Assembly: GCA_016705545.1 (NCBI GenBank)
Contig: JADIYA010000020.1
Span: 15,413-79,412 of the forward strand
Length of the DNA stretch: 64,000 bases
Origin: Flavobacteriales bacterium
GTDB lineage: Bacteria > Bacteroidota > Bacteroidia > Flavobacteriales_F > PHOS-HE28
Direction of reading: 5' to 3'
This document shows, in pieces, positions 28,484 to 39,757 of the stretch. How positions within the stretch are numbered: the stretch's first letter is position 1; each line of letters begins with the position of its first letter. A program made the position numbers and the translations under genes. Below the pieces are notes generated by a model. That model saw only the letters and a list, made by a program, of their open reading frames with translations. It was not told the DNA's origin and did not search any database.

Positions 28484-30193
28484 ATGCTCAGCGTTCGACA
28501 AGCAGTCAATCGGCTCAAGGGGGCATTGCTCCTTTCCGGCTTGCTGGCACATGCCACGAGCCCGGCTCAGGACCTCGGGCAGATCGGCAACAGGAAGCCC
28601 TTCGCGCTGAGCGGCAGCCTCTCGCTGCAAGGGGGCCCTTACTTCTACAGCGGCGACGGCACGGCGCGCAACCTGCCCTACTTCTGGAACAGCACGGGCA
28701 CATTGACGTTGTCGTTGTGGGGCTGGCAGGCGCCATTCAGCTACTCGGTGGGCTCACAGGAGCGCTCGTGGACCCAGCCATTCAACCGATACGGCGTCAG
28801 CCCCTATTACAAATGGATCAAGCTGCATCTCGGCTTCCGCAGCATGCGCTTCAATCCTTACACCTTCGCCGGCCTTCAGTTCTACGGCGCAGGCGTGGAG
28901 CTACAGCCAAGGGGATTCCGCTTCTCTGCTTTTTACGGACGCTTCAACAAGCCGATCGCTCAGGACACCTTGGGGTCGATCATCCCCGTACCCGCATACC
29001 GGCGCATGGGCATGGGCGTGAAGATCGGGGTGGGCAGCCGCCGGACGTTCGTTGATCTGATGGTGTTCCGAGCTGTGGATGACACCGCCTCCATCCCGGA
29101 GGTCTCAGGCAACCGCAGCATCGCGCCGAAGGAGAACATCGCCGTGGGGCTCAGCGGACGCATCCCGCTGAGCAAGAAGCTCAGTTGGGACTTCGATGGC
29201 GGTGCCAGCGCCGTCACGGATGATGTGCGAGCGCCCGTGATGGAAGGCACCGATTTGCCTCGCTTCTCGCAAGGGATCTTCACCCCTCGGCTCACTACGC
29301 GACTGCTCTTCGCAGGCAACACCAGCCTTCGGTGGAACAGCCGATACATGGATATGCGCCTGCTCTACAAGGAAGTGGAGCCCAACTACCGCTCACTCGG
29401 CGCATTTTACCAGCAGACCGACATCCGCTCGGTGACCGTGGAGCCGACGGTGCGAATAATGAACGGCAAGCTGCGCGTGAGCGGGAGCTATGGCCTGCAG
29501 CAGGACAACATACGCGGCACCAAGGTGACCACTTCCGTGCGCCGCATCGGATCGGCCAGTGCCAACTGGAACCCGGGCCGAAGCTATGCCCTCGATGCAA
29601 GCTTCTCCAATTACGGCATCGCTCAAGAAGCTGGCCTTCGCGTGCTGAACGATACGTTCCGGGTCGCGCAAGTGAACCGCGTGTACTCCTTATCGCAGCG
29701 GGTGACCTTGATCAACAAGGTGCGGACCTGGACCGTGATGCTGACTGGCGGCTACCAGCAGCTGGTGGACCTGAACCCCTTCGGCACCTTCTCCAGCGCA
29801 GAGAACGAGGTGATGTACGCGAACCTCCACATCGGCCGCATCCGCATGCGCGATAACCTGATGGTGAACGGCGGCCTCAACGCCAACCGGAACAGCACCA
29901 TCGGCGGCACGTTCCTGCTCGTTGGTCCTTCGCTCGGCTTCTCCCGGCCATTGGCCAAGCAGAAGCTCATGGTCGCGCTCTCAGCCAGCTACAACAAAGC
30001 CCTGCAGGAAGGGCGCGATGCGGGCACCACGGTGAACGCCAACCACACGCTCCAATACCGCGTGGGCAAAGCGCACCGCTTGCAACTCACCATCAGCGCC
30101 CTGCAGAACAAGACCTCCTTCGTTGCCGCACGTGAATTCACCGAAGTACGGATCATGGGCGGCTATGTGCTCACCTTCCAAACAAAGTCCTGA
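28484..30193 (+). CDS. outer-membrane beta-barrel protein of unknown family (porin-like)
   Basis: ATG at 28484 gives MLSVRQAVNRLKGALLLSGLLAHATSPAQ. Many amphipathic strands rich in aromatic residues (FRFSAFYGRF, LRWNSRYMDMRLLYKEV, YALDASFSNYGI). The stop is 3 nt before the next ATG. Confidence 0.6.
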   Translation: MLSVRQAVNRLKGALLLSGLLAHATSPAQDLGQIGNRKPFALSGSLSLQGGPYFYSGDGTARNLPYFWNSTGTLTLSLWGWQAPFSYSVGSQERSWTQPFNRYGVSPYYKWIKLHLGFRSMRFNPYTFAGLQFYGAGVELQPRGFRFSAFYGRFNKPIAQDTLGSIIPVPAYRRMGMGVKIGVGSRRTFVDLMVFRAVDDTASIPEVSGNRSIAPKENIAVGLSGRIPLSKKLSWDFDGGASAVTDDVRAPVMEGTDLPRFSQGIFTPRLTTRLLFAGNTSLRWNSRYMDMRLLYKEVEPNYRSLGAFYQQTDIRSVTVEPTVRIMNGKLRVSGSYGLQQDNIRGTKVTTSVRRIGSASANWNPGRSYALDASFSNYGIAQEAGLRVLNDTFRVAQVNRVYSLSQRVTLINKVRTWTVMLTGGYQQLVDLNPFGTFSSAENEVMYANLHIGRIRMRDNLMVNGGLNANRNSTIGGTFLLVGPSLGFSRPLAKQKLMVALSASYNKALQEGRDAGTTVNANHTLQYRVGKAHRLQLTISALQNKTSFVAAREFTEVRIMGGYVLTFQTKS

Positions 30194-30196
30194 TCC

Positions 30197-33100
30197 ATGC
30201 TCATCCGGACCATCAAGCGATCACTGGCCAGCACAACGGCCCTGCTCCTCGGCCTCATCGCTGCTGCCCAGGGCAGTTATCCGATGACGATCAACCCCGT
30301 GATCCTGCCTCCCTATTCCCCGAGTATCGCCACCTACTTCAGCAGCCAGACCAACGTCGCCTTCATCATCAGCAACAGCACCTCGACCACATATCAGGTG
30401 TACTTGGCCGGGTCAGTGCGCAGTGTGCCCAACGAAGAGATCTCCGCCACGGTCGAGGGTGGGCAGCCATGGAGCGCGCCTCCTTTGATCGTAACGCCTG
30501 GCAGCAACTATTTCACTGGCGAGACCCTGCAGCCCATCCTGAATGCAATCAACGGGAATCCGGCCACCATCGTAGGGTTGGATGAGGAGCAGCTCCGACT
30601 CGGGGTTATCCCGGAGGGGGAATATGAATTGTGCCTAAAAGTGTACGACTATACGAGCCCGGAGACGCAGCTTTCGGAGCTCGGCTGCGTCGGCTTCTCC
30701 ATCCGGGAGGGTGAACCTCCTGTGCCGCTGACCCCTACTTGCTGGGACGACGGCACCGGCGAGATGGTGACGCCGCAATCGCCGCAGTTCATCAACTTCA
30801 ACTGGATCCTGCCGGGCGGCACGCCGCCGGGCGCCACCATCAGCTACGCATTCCGCCTGGTGCGCATCGACAATCCTTCCAACGCGCAAGCCGCCTTGGA
30901 AACCAGTACCGATGTGGTTTATGAAGACCTGGTGATGATGAACCAGCTCTCCTATACGCAGATGATGCCGGCCCTGGAGCCAGGCAGGATGTACGCGTGG
31001 TGGGTAAGGGCCATCCCATTCCCTGAATCGGCCATGGTGTTCCGCAACGACGGCTACATGCGGCCCTGTACGTTCACCTACGCAGAGCATTCGGGAACAG
31101 CCTTCTCCCTCACTTTCCCTCTTCAACAGGACACACTGCCATGGGACCTCATGCCGATCATGGCGCGATTCGAGCCGCATGCCCCGCCGGACGATGAGCG
31201 CACGACCGGGAAATTCTGGAGCAGGCTGGACCTGTACCAGGACGCCGCATTCCTGAATACGACTTTCCGGCACACCCAATCGAATGAGATCGATTGGGCT
31301 CAGGGCTACTACCGCTCACAGCTCGAGTTGCTGGATGAACCCCTGACTTCACAGAGGAGCAAGCACGTCACATCAACATCTACACGAACAACCCAACGCC
31401 GGATGGCCGTTTCAAGCGCGGTTCCAGCTACGCGCTCTCCGCCGATCTCCGCATCAAGGACCTCGCTGGCATGGATGCCCGATACGGTGACGTCGAGGGG
31501 ATCTTCGTTTCCGGCATGGGAAAGCCCAAGCCGCAATCACCGGCGCCCAATGCCGTGATCCCGAAGAATGGCGGGGACACGCTGGTGAGCGGTTTCGCTC
31601 CGATCAGGCTCCGCTTCCAAACTGCAGAGCCCCCCATGGCGCTCCGCCCGCCATTCCCCATCCGCATCCTTTATGGCTCGAATGCTCCAACGCAGACCCA
31701 AGGGCAAGCGCATGAGCGATGGCGGCTGGAGGTATCACGATCAGCGACGATGGCCAGTCCGATACTCACGAGCAGCGTGGAGCTAGGGCCCGTTCAGCTG
31801 CTCAACGATGCCTGTGATGACAACTGCTTCATCGATCAGTTCTACAAGCAGGATTCCGTGACCTTCACGCCGACAGACACGGGCACCTACTACTGGCGCG
31901 TCTCCTGGATGAAGGATCCGACCTCTGCGGTCGGTGAGACCTATCACGACGGACCCGTCCGCATGTTCCGCATCACGGGAAATCCAGCTCCCGCGACACC
32001 GGATGAAGAACCGGAGCGCCCGCGTGAATGCGTCACCATTTGCCGTGGCGCACGCACCCCGCTCGAGCAGCAGATACCAGCCAGCACTGTAATCGCAGGT
32101 GATACCGTGAAGGTCGGTCTGTTCGCCATGCGTGTATCGCAGATCACCTGGGCAGGCGGCAGTGCCAGTGGCGAGGGCGTCATCCCGGTTCCATTCATGA
32201 ATTGCCCCTTGCGCGTCTCCTTCACGAACGTGCGCATCAATGCGAGCAAAAACCTCTATGATGGTGAGGTCCTTGGATTGTACGATAACGAGAGCATCGT
32301 TCCGGCAGCGTGGCGCACAGGTGGCGGGCTCGCTGCGGGCTTCAGTCCGAGCGCGGTGGAGAACATCGACAACTACTTGAACGCAGCTGGCCGCCTCGTG
32401 GCACAGATGAGCATGAACTCGCCAATGGGCCTGCCCATCGGGATTGCCACGGATGTGCCAGGTGGCCGCTTCACGGTGGGGATCGTCGGTATGCGGTTCA
32501 CCGACACGGTGGCCGTGATGAACGCGATGATGAGCGTGCCCGTGCCCGAACTGGGCTTCAACTTCGGGCTGGGCGCCTCTGAGCAGGTATTCCACCCCGA
32601 TGGGGTGGGATGCCCTGAGCGTGACGCCCTGCTATACCTGGTTGACGATGTGCGCGTCGGAATCGGCGAGGATACGCTCGTGGTGCGCTCAACGCGCTTC
32701 GAACCGGGCAACTACATCAACGTGGTGGATTCGGGAACATTCGCCGCGTGGGATTGCCGGGGATTCCGTGCGCTGCAACTCGATGCGCAATGGCGATTCA
32801 GCAGCGATCATCTGCGCGAGGACATGCCCAATGGCGATTCCGGCCCGAGCAAGATCATCGCCTCATTGAAGACACGCACAGGGCGAGGCGGTTTCATGGG
32901 ACGTGTGGATTTCAACAAGCCCTTCCATATCGACGGAGCTGAAGGATGGGGCTTTGATGTACAAGAAGCCTGGATGGACCTGGCCAGCTACGCGAATCCT
33001 CCGGACATGAGCTTCTCCGCCGAGGTGGCCCAGCATGTGGGGCTCACGGATGGCTCTGGCGCCGCCGTGCCCGCTTGGCGCGGATTCTACCTGAAGCGCG

Positions 33101-36100
33101 CTATGCTTCGTCTGCCGGATCAAGTGAAACGCTTCGGGAGCACAGAGCGCATCGCGGCCTTGGTGGATGATCTTGCAATCACCGGCTCACAGGTCACCGG
33201 CAGCATCAAGCTCGCGAGCCTCATCCTGCCTGACGAGGGCAATCTGGGCGGATGGTCCTTCTCTGTGGACACGCTTCGATTGGACATCGTGATGAACTCG
33301 TTCCATCAGGCCGGCATGAAGGGCCGCATGCGCACCTCCGTGAGCCCGACATTGCTGGACTACTCTGCAATCTGGCAACAGAGCCTCTCCACCTCGGACC
33401 ACTGGATCCAATTCCTCATTCAACCACAGGACGATCTGAGCGTTCCGTTCCTCTTCGCGAACATCAATCTGGAAGAGACCAGCACGGTCGTGGCGACGCT
33501 CGGGCATGCGCAACTCGGCAGCTACGCGAAAGCGACGCTGAACGGGAGCATCAGCATCACCGCTCCAGCGGCGATACCGGTCTCGCTCAGCTTCGCCGAT
33601 ATCGAGTTCGAGAACCTTTGGTTCGGTACGCAAGCGCCTTACACCAACATCGATAGCAGCGCGGTGTTCTCACTCGCCAGCCCGCAGAAATGGATGGGCT
33701 CCGAAGAGGACGATGACATGCCAACCGTTCCGGGTGGAAGCGCGGGTGGCTTTCCCGTCAGCATCACGCGCGTCACGGGTGAACGCACCACCATCGATGG
33801 CAAGCCAGCCGCAGGCATCGCGTACGACATCAACCTGAAGCTCACCGGCACCACCAACATCTTCATCGCCACCACGCGCGTGGCCACGTTAGGCGTGCTC
33901 AACACGAGCAACATCCACCAATGGGGCGACCATGAGATGCGCCTCGACTCCATCGGTGTAACGGGCGGCACAGGAGCGGTGCACATCGAAGGCGGTCTGA
34001 AATGGTATCGCGACAGCCCCACCTATGGGAACGGCATCAAAGGGGGCTTGCGCGCGCGCTTCCTCAACGGCAAGGTTGACGTGGAAGCGAATGCGCAGTT
34101 CGGCACCACCGGCGGCAACAAGTATTGGTACATCGACGCCATGGCCGCGAAGCAGGGCGGCTTCAATCGCCCATCTGCATTCACGGTGTACGGCTTCGGC
34201 GGCGCCGCCTGGTACCACATGAGGCGAACCAGCGAGCCTCCCGGGGCGAATGCGATCATGGAGCAGGAGCTGGCGAACCTCCAAGACCCGAATTTCGAGC
34301 CAGGACTGACGGTCTCGGGCATGACGTTCGTGCCGGATGCGGGCATCGGCTTCGGCTTCAAGGCCACCGTGGTATTCGGCGATCCCAGCAGCGGCTACGC
34401 TTACAACGGCGACCTGAGCGCGGGCGCGCAGTTCGCTTCGGAGGGCGGTATCCAGAGCCTCTTCCTCGAAGGCGACCTCTTCGTGATGCACAAACGCGAA
34501 GAAGAGGGTCGAGTACCCATCCGCGGGCACATGGAAATGGAATACGATTTCGCCGAGGATGTATTCACGGCGCGCGCGGAGATGTTCGTGGACGTAGGCC
34601 CGAACGTGGTCTACGGCCTCGGCGCCAACAAATCGGCTGGAGAGCTGGAACTCTACATCGGCCCGGAGAACTGGCACCTCTACATCGGAACGCCGCAAGC
34701 GCGCGTGGGCCTGCAATTCGTGGATCTCTTCTCCGGCAACTTCTATTTCATGGTGGGCGATGACATCCCCGGCGTCCCGGACCCCCCCGCCGCCCTTTTG
34801 GATGTGATGCCCGCCAGCTACCGGTCGCGACCAGACATCAGCAACGCCAGCGGCATCGCCTTCGGCGCCAGCGTTCCATTCGCGTCGCGCGGCGACTTCC
34901 TCCTGTTCCGTTATGCGCTCAATGGCGATATCGGCTTCGATGTGCTCTTCCGCAGCTCCGAGGAGATGCAATGCGATGGCATCGATGATCCCGGCATCGG
35001 GCCTTTCTATGCGAATGGCCAGGTCTATGGCTACGTGAATGCCTCTGTGAGCCTCTATGTGGACGTCCGCTTCTTCTCCGGTGAGTACCACCTCTTCTCC
35101 ATCGGCGTGTCGGGGCTCTTTCAATGCGGCTTCGCCAATCCGACCTGGGCGCGCGGGTTCGCACACGGCAACTATAGCATCCTGCACGGCGCCATCAGCG
35201 GATCGGCCACGGTGCCCTTCTTCATCGGGGAGGCCTGCCTTCCGCCGGGCGGCGATGTCCTGGCCGGGCTGGATCCCATTGGCGACCTGGTGCCCCACCA
35301 CCTCGAGGGGCTGCTCCCGACATGCTCCAACGCCGCTGTTTGCGGTGTGGATTGCGGAGCAGAGCCGGAAGCCATCTTCAACATGAAAGCGGAGACTCCC
35401 TTCGAAGTGAAGGAGCAGCTATCCAACGGCAGCTTCAAGACGCACACGTTCAGGCTGCGTATCGAGACCTTCCGCTTGGCGAAGGCGAGCGGCAATGTCA
35501 CAGTTGCTTGCAGCAATCCTGAATTCAACAGCGCCAAGGACCGCATGAGCATGCGGCCCACCGCCTACCTCGCGCCCACCATTGAATACACCTGCACGCT
35601 GAAGGTGGCTGCGGAGAAGTTGGACGCGAATGGAATCTGGCAACCCGCGCGCAACACCGACGGCCAGGCCGTGACTTGGCAGAAGATCCACCGCTTCAAG
35701 ACCAATACCGGGATAGAGGAGCTCCGTCCAGAGGATGTTGATGTCAGCTATCCCTTCTACCGACAGCGCTACTTGCTCCAGGATGAATGCCGGAGCGGCA
35801 TCATCATCTGCAAGTCGGATATCAGCGATCAGCCGGTATTCAAGGCGCCTCCCGGCAGACGTCGTGTCTTCCGAGCGGTATTCATGCCCGTGACGGGGGG
35901 AACACCCGTTGAGCGGACGGCACAGGTGACGCATGGCGGACAGACACGCATCGCATTCGCTATACCACCGCTGGTGAACAGCCGCACATACGCGCTGCGC
36001 ATCGTCGCGCGCGACGAGATTGATCTGAGCACAATGGGCATCGCTGTTGGCAGCCCTGCCGCATCCGGGGGGGGCTCAACAAGCCCGTTCGCCGCACCCA

Positions 36101-37143
36101 TCACAAGCGGCGTCGCTGTGGCGAGCGCTGGCAGCACCAGCCTCGCGAATGGCATGGTGCTCCTCCGCAGGCAAGTGCTACAGGGCTATACGCTGCGCGC
36201 TGATGAGCGAATCACCTACATCTATCACTTCCGCACCTCCGGATTCAGCACGCTCTCGGCCAAGCTGGCGTCACTTACGAATGCAGCGACGACGCGGACT
36301 TCCTCGGTCACGAATCCTGTGCAGGAATACCTGCTGCCCGCCTTCAGCGGTGAGCGGTTCGATGCGTACGACCTCGTTGGCTTCACCTACGGTTTGCAAG
36401 GCAGCATCACGCAGCCTCCCTTGATCACCGCTGTCGATGCGAATACGGACACCTGGATGAAGAACTGGGCGAAGCCCTTGATCTACGACTATTATGCAGC
36501 GATCAAAGCAGCGAATTGCAGCGATGAGGACCTTGAGCGCAGCAGGACAGTGATCAGCAACGGGTTCTTCACGCGCACCATCATCAGCGACTCGCCGGAT
36601 AACATCGGCATGCCTCCGTACCGCACGGTGGCCATCAACCCCTACTACACGCCTGATCCGCAGCTCGCCACTAGTGAGACAGCGCCATCTCCGCTGCCAA
36701 TCGGCATTGGTGTGAACTCCAGCACAGCTGGCGGCACAGTAATTCCTACCCCGCTATACAAGGTAGGAACAGGGAAGCAGGTTGCGATGGATTACGCACG
36801 CATGCAGACCATTACCACGGATGTGATCGCTACCTGCGGGCCCGTAAATCCCGTCGTTGATGGACAAGGAGAGGATATGGGTGGCATGCCCGAACCCTTG
36901 CGCAGCAAGGTGCAAGCGTTCCAAGCCTCGAGTTACAAGCTGCTCTATAAGGGCAACTACGGATTGAAACTCACCTTCCGGCTTCCTCTGGCCTGTGGTG
37001 CATTCGTAGGCGAACCCGGCACCGTAGCGCCGACCGGCACCATTGGCACGCTCATCTACAATCACCCGACCGGGCCCAACCCGCCGATCGGCATCTCTCC
37101 GACTGGGCCACTAGGACCTGGTTCGGGCACCATACAATATTGA
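30197..37143 (+). CDS. giant secreted protein (about 2315 aa) of unknown function; frame broken at the C run near 31340
   Basis: Signal peptide MLIRTIKRSLASTTALLLGLIAAAQG. ORF 30197-31558 reads sensibly up to ...YYRSQLELLDEP. The frame of ORF 31471-37143 is open from 31339 (TPDFTEEQARHINIYTNNPTPDGRFKRGSSYALSADLRIKDLAGMDARYG...), so a 1-nt indel at GAACCCCTG joins them. No T9SS C-terminal domain is visible. Confidence 0.7.
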
Positions 37144-37145
37144 CC

Positions 37146-39203
37146 ATGGTCCGCAACTCGATCATTCTCATAGCAGCCGCGCTGCTGGCAACCAGTGCGC
37201 AAGGCCAGAGCTTCCATACTATCGCCCGCAATACGGCCGATTCCGTAGTGCTGCGCTGGGCGCCAGCTAGCGTTGAAGCATGGCTCATGCACAACACGTT
37301 CGGCTACCGCGTGGAGCGCCTTGAGATCACCCCGACGACCTCGCGGCGCTCGAAGGCCGAACGAATCGGGCCTGACAGCATCCGCCCGCTCCCGCTCGAT
37401 GGCTTCATCGCGCGATTCCCCAAGGATCATCCTTCTGCCGGGGCCATGGCGCAGATGCTCCATGGGAATGGCGAACAGCTGCCCTCCGATGCGAACAACA
37501 TCATGGGCGCAGCGATAACGGCCGATGGGCAGCGCATGCGTTGGTCCGTCTGCCTCCTGCTCTCGGACCTGGATCCCGCAATGGCCCAAGCCGCCGGCCT
37601 GCGTTGCGTGGATCGCACGGCGAAACCTGGTGCCACCTACTTGTACCGTGTGATCGCCCTGCATCCTCAGCATGGCGACACCGCAATCGTTGGCGTGAAC
37701 CGCGCCATGGTCGAGCCGCTGCCGGACGGTCCGGAACTGAGGGCCGAGGAACTGGAGCGCCGCGTGCAGATCGGCTGGCTCATGCCCTCAGGGCTCGCGG
37801 CCTTCAGCGGATACTGGGTGGAGCGATCGCCCGACGGTCGAACGTGGAGCCGCCTGCATCGCACGCCATTCGTGCCGTCTCGCGCCGAGGGCGACAAAAG
37901 CGATTTCACCTGGTTCAACGACACTTCCCTCACGCGCAACTATCAGGCGCATCATTACCGGGTGCTGGGCATCACGCCCTTCGGCGAAGTGAGCGGATCA
38001 GGACCCACGACCATCGCCATGGGCAGGGACCGTACACCGCCAACAGCTCCGGTTCTGAAGGGCGCGAAGGACGAAAAGGGCAGGCTCGTGGTGCATTGGG
38101 AACAATCCCAGAGCAGCGCTGATCTGCGCGGGTACCGTGTTGAAAAGGCCGTTGAAACCAATGGCGCTTACTGGTCATTGCACACCGATCTCCTTCCAAT
38201 AGACGCGCGGAGCTTCACGGATACATCGCGCTTCTTGGCCGGCGGCAACCACTACCGGGTGGCGGCGCTGGACACGGCAGGCAATATCGCCTATTCCATG
38301 AGCGGCTATGGCTTCCTCATGGACAGCATCGCACCCGCACCGCCTATTGGCCTGATCGGGTCAATCGATACCAGTGGCGTGGTCACTGTTCGTTGGCGGT
38401 TGGGCAAGGAACCGGACATCCTCGGCTACCGCGTGTTCTTCGCGAATGCCACGGACCATGAGTTCAACAACCAGAGCCCCGAACCCTTCGCGGACACTGT
38501 CTTCACCGACACGCTGCAGATGAACACGCTCACCAAGCGCATCCATTACAAGGTGGTAGCCGTGGACCGCAACTACAACCACAGCCCGATGAGCACCATG
38601 CTCACCCTCACTCGGCCCGACCTGATCCCGCCCGTAGCACCGGTGTTCAAGAACTATGTGGTGAGCGACACCGCCGTGGTGATCCACTTCATCCCCAGCA
38701 GCAGCAAGGATGTCGCGCGACACCGACTCATGCGCAAATCACCGGGTGAAGCATCGTGGAAAGAGGTGCTCCTGCTTACCGTGTCAGACAAGCAACGCGT
38801 GTGGACCGACCGCGATGTGCGCGGACCGGCCCACTACAGCTATACCATGGTGGCGGTGGACAGCGCGGGCAATGCTTCAACAGAAGCGCTTCCGCTCGCC
38901 GTGCGCGTGCATGAGCGCCTGAAGCGTGCGGAGGTCACCGGAGTGAAGGCGTTGCGAATCGACGAACGCACCGTGCAGGTGAGTTGGAGCCAGCCGCCCG
39001 GTACCGTTCACCATTATCTGGTGCTTCGCGCCAAGGACGGTGGCGCGGCCATGCCCGTAGGCTCGGCGCCCGGCAGCTCATCATCGTTCGCAGATATCCG
39101 ACTTGCGGGCAAAGGCACGTACACCTACACCGTGCAGGCCGTGTACGACGATGGAGCGGCGTCCGCGGTATCGATCCGAAGCGCGCCTTTGGATATGCGC
39201 TGA
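37146..39203 (+). CDS. secreted multi-FN3-like domain protein
   Basis: Signal peptide MVRNSIILIAAALLATSAQGQ. At least six repeats of the pattern ...V.L.W......I.GYRV.R........W......P......F.D.......Y.Y.V.A.D..GN.S. The ATG is 2 nt after the stop of the giant gene. Confidence 0.7.
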   Translation: MVRNSIILIAAALLATSAQGQSFHTIARNTADSVVLRWAPASVEAWLMHNTFGYRVERLEITPTTSRRSKAERIGPDSIRPLPLDGFIARFPKDHPSAGAMAQMLHGNGEQLPSDANNIMGAAITADGQRMRWSVCLLLSDLDPAMAQAAGLRCVDRTAKPGATYLYRVIALHPQHGDTAIVGVNRAMVEPLPDGPELRAEELERRVQIGWLMPSGLAAFSGYWVERSPDGRTWSRLHRTPFVPSRAEGDKSDFTWFNDTSLTRNYQAHHYRVLGITPFGEVSGSGPTTIAMGRDRTPPTAPVLKGAKDEKGRLVVHWEQSQSSADLRGYRVEKAVETNGAYWSLHTDLLPIDARSFTDTSRFLAGGNHYRVAALDTAGNIAYSMSGYGFLMDSIAPAPPIGLIGSIDTSGVVTVRWRLGKEPDILGYRVFFANATDHEFNNQSPEPFADTVFTDTLQMNTLTKRIHYKVVAVDRNYNHSPMSTMLTLTRPDLIPPVAPVFKNYVVSDTAVVIHFIPSSSKDVARHRLMRKSPGEASWKEVLLLTVSDKQRVWTDRDVRGPAHYSYTMVAVDSAGNASTEALPLAVRVHERLKRAEVTGVKALRIDERTVQVSWSQPPGTVHHYLVLRAKDGGAAMPVGSAPGSSSSFADIRLAGKGTYTYTVQAVYDDGAASAVSIRSAPLDMR

Positions 39204-39210
39204 GCGCGGC

Positions 39211-39228
39211 ATACTACCAACGTGGTAT
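39211..39228 (+). promoter_or_regulatory. palindrome copy d: ATACTAC-CAAC-GTGGTAT
   Basis: 8 nt after the FN3 gene stop and 56 nt before the next ATG. There is one C-to-T change in the left arm (G-U compatible). Confidence 0.5.
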
Positions 39229-39283
39229 TGATGACCGCGAGCGAGCGGGGCTACTTCGCTCGCTCCAAACCAACACCCCTGCC

Positions 39284-39754
39284 ATGCGCATCGTGCTTCT
39301 CCTCATTCCGCTTTCCGTACCACTTCTGGCCCGAACGCAAGACGTGGTGGCCACCGGCGGCGGGTACCACACCGGACCCGGCACTGCCATCTCCTACACC
39401 ATCGGCGAGCCGGTGATCGCCACGGTGGGCAATGCCAGCACCACACTCACGCAGGGCTTCCAGCAGCCGTGGGCTGACATCAACACGATAGTGGATGACG
39501 CCGCAACGGATGGACCAGGCATCAACGTGTATCCGAACCCTGTGCGCCACATCCTGCACATCGCCATGGAAGGCGCGCCCGATGGGCACCACTATGTGCT
39601 GCACGATGCCGAGGGCAGGCAAGTCACCGATGGCCGCATCGCATGCACCATCACCGACCTCGACATGGAACCCACGCGAGCGGCAGCTACTACCCGCGCG
39701 TGCTGGGCCCGAACGACAACAGTCCGCGCCTTCAAAATCTTCGTCACCCACTAA
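39284..39754 (+). CDS. small secreted protein with T9SS C-terminal sorting domain (probably with local indels)
   Basis: MRIVLLLIPLSVPLLARTQ; module ATGGGYHTGPGTAISYTIGEPV...LTQGFQQPW; CTD start INVYPNPVRHILHIAM and end ..VRAFKIFVTH. The segment 39665-39720 reads like a CTD (ASGSYYPRVLGPNDNS) only in another frame, so two compensating indels are suspected. Confidence 0.55.
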   Translation: MRIVLLLIPLSVPLLARTQDVVATGGGYHTGPGTAISYTIGEPVIATVGNASTTLTQGFQQPWADINTIVDDAATDGPGINVYPNPVRHILHIAMEGAPDGHHYVLHDAEGRQVTDGRIACTITDLDMEPTRAAATTRACWARTTTVRAFKIFVTH

Positions 39755-39757
39755 CCC

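Noticed and set aside
23524-39228. Considered whether the four palindromes are simply generic intrinsic terminators.
   Set aside because: This is only partly rejected. Their stems are identical in sequence, not just in structure. They lack U tracts. They are absent from the 3' ends of the other plus-strand genes in the window. I therefore kept them as a specific element, and the RNA-hairpin reading remains one of the two hypotheses.
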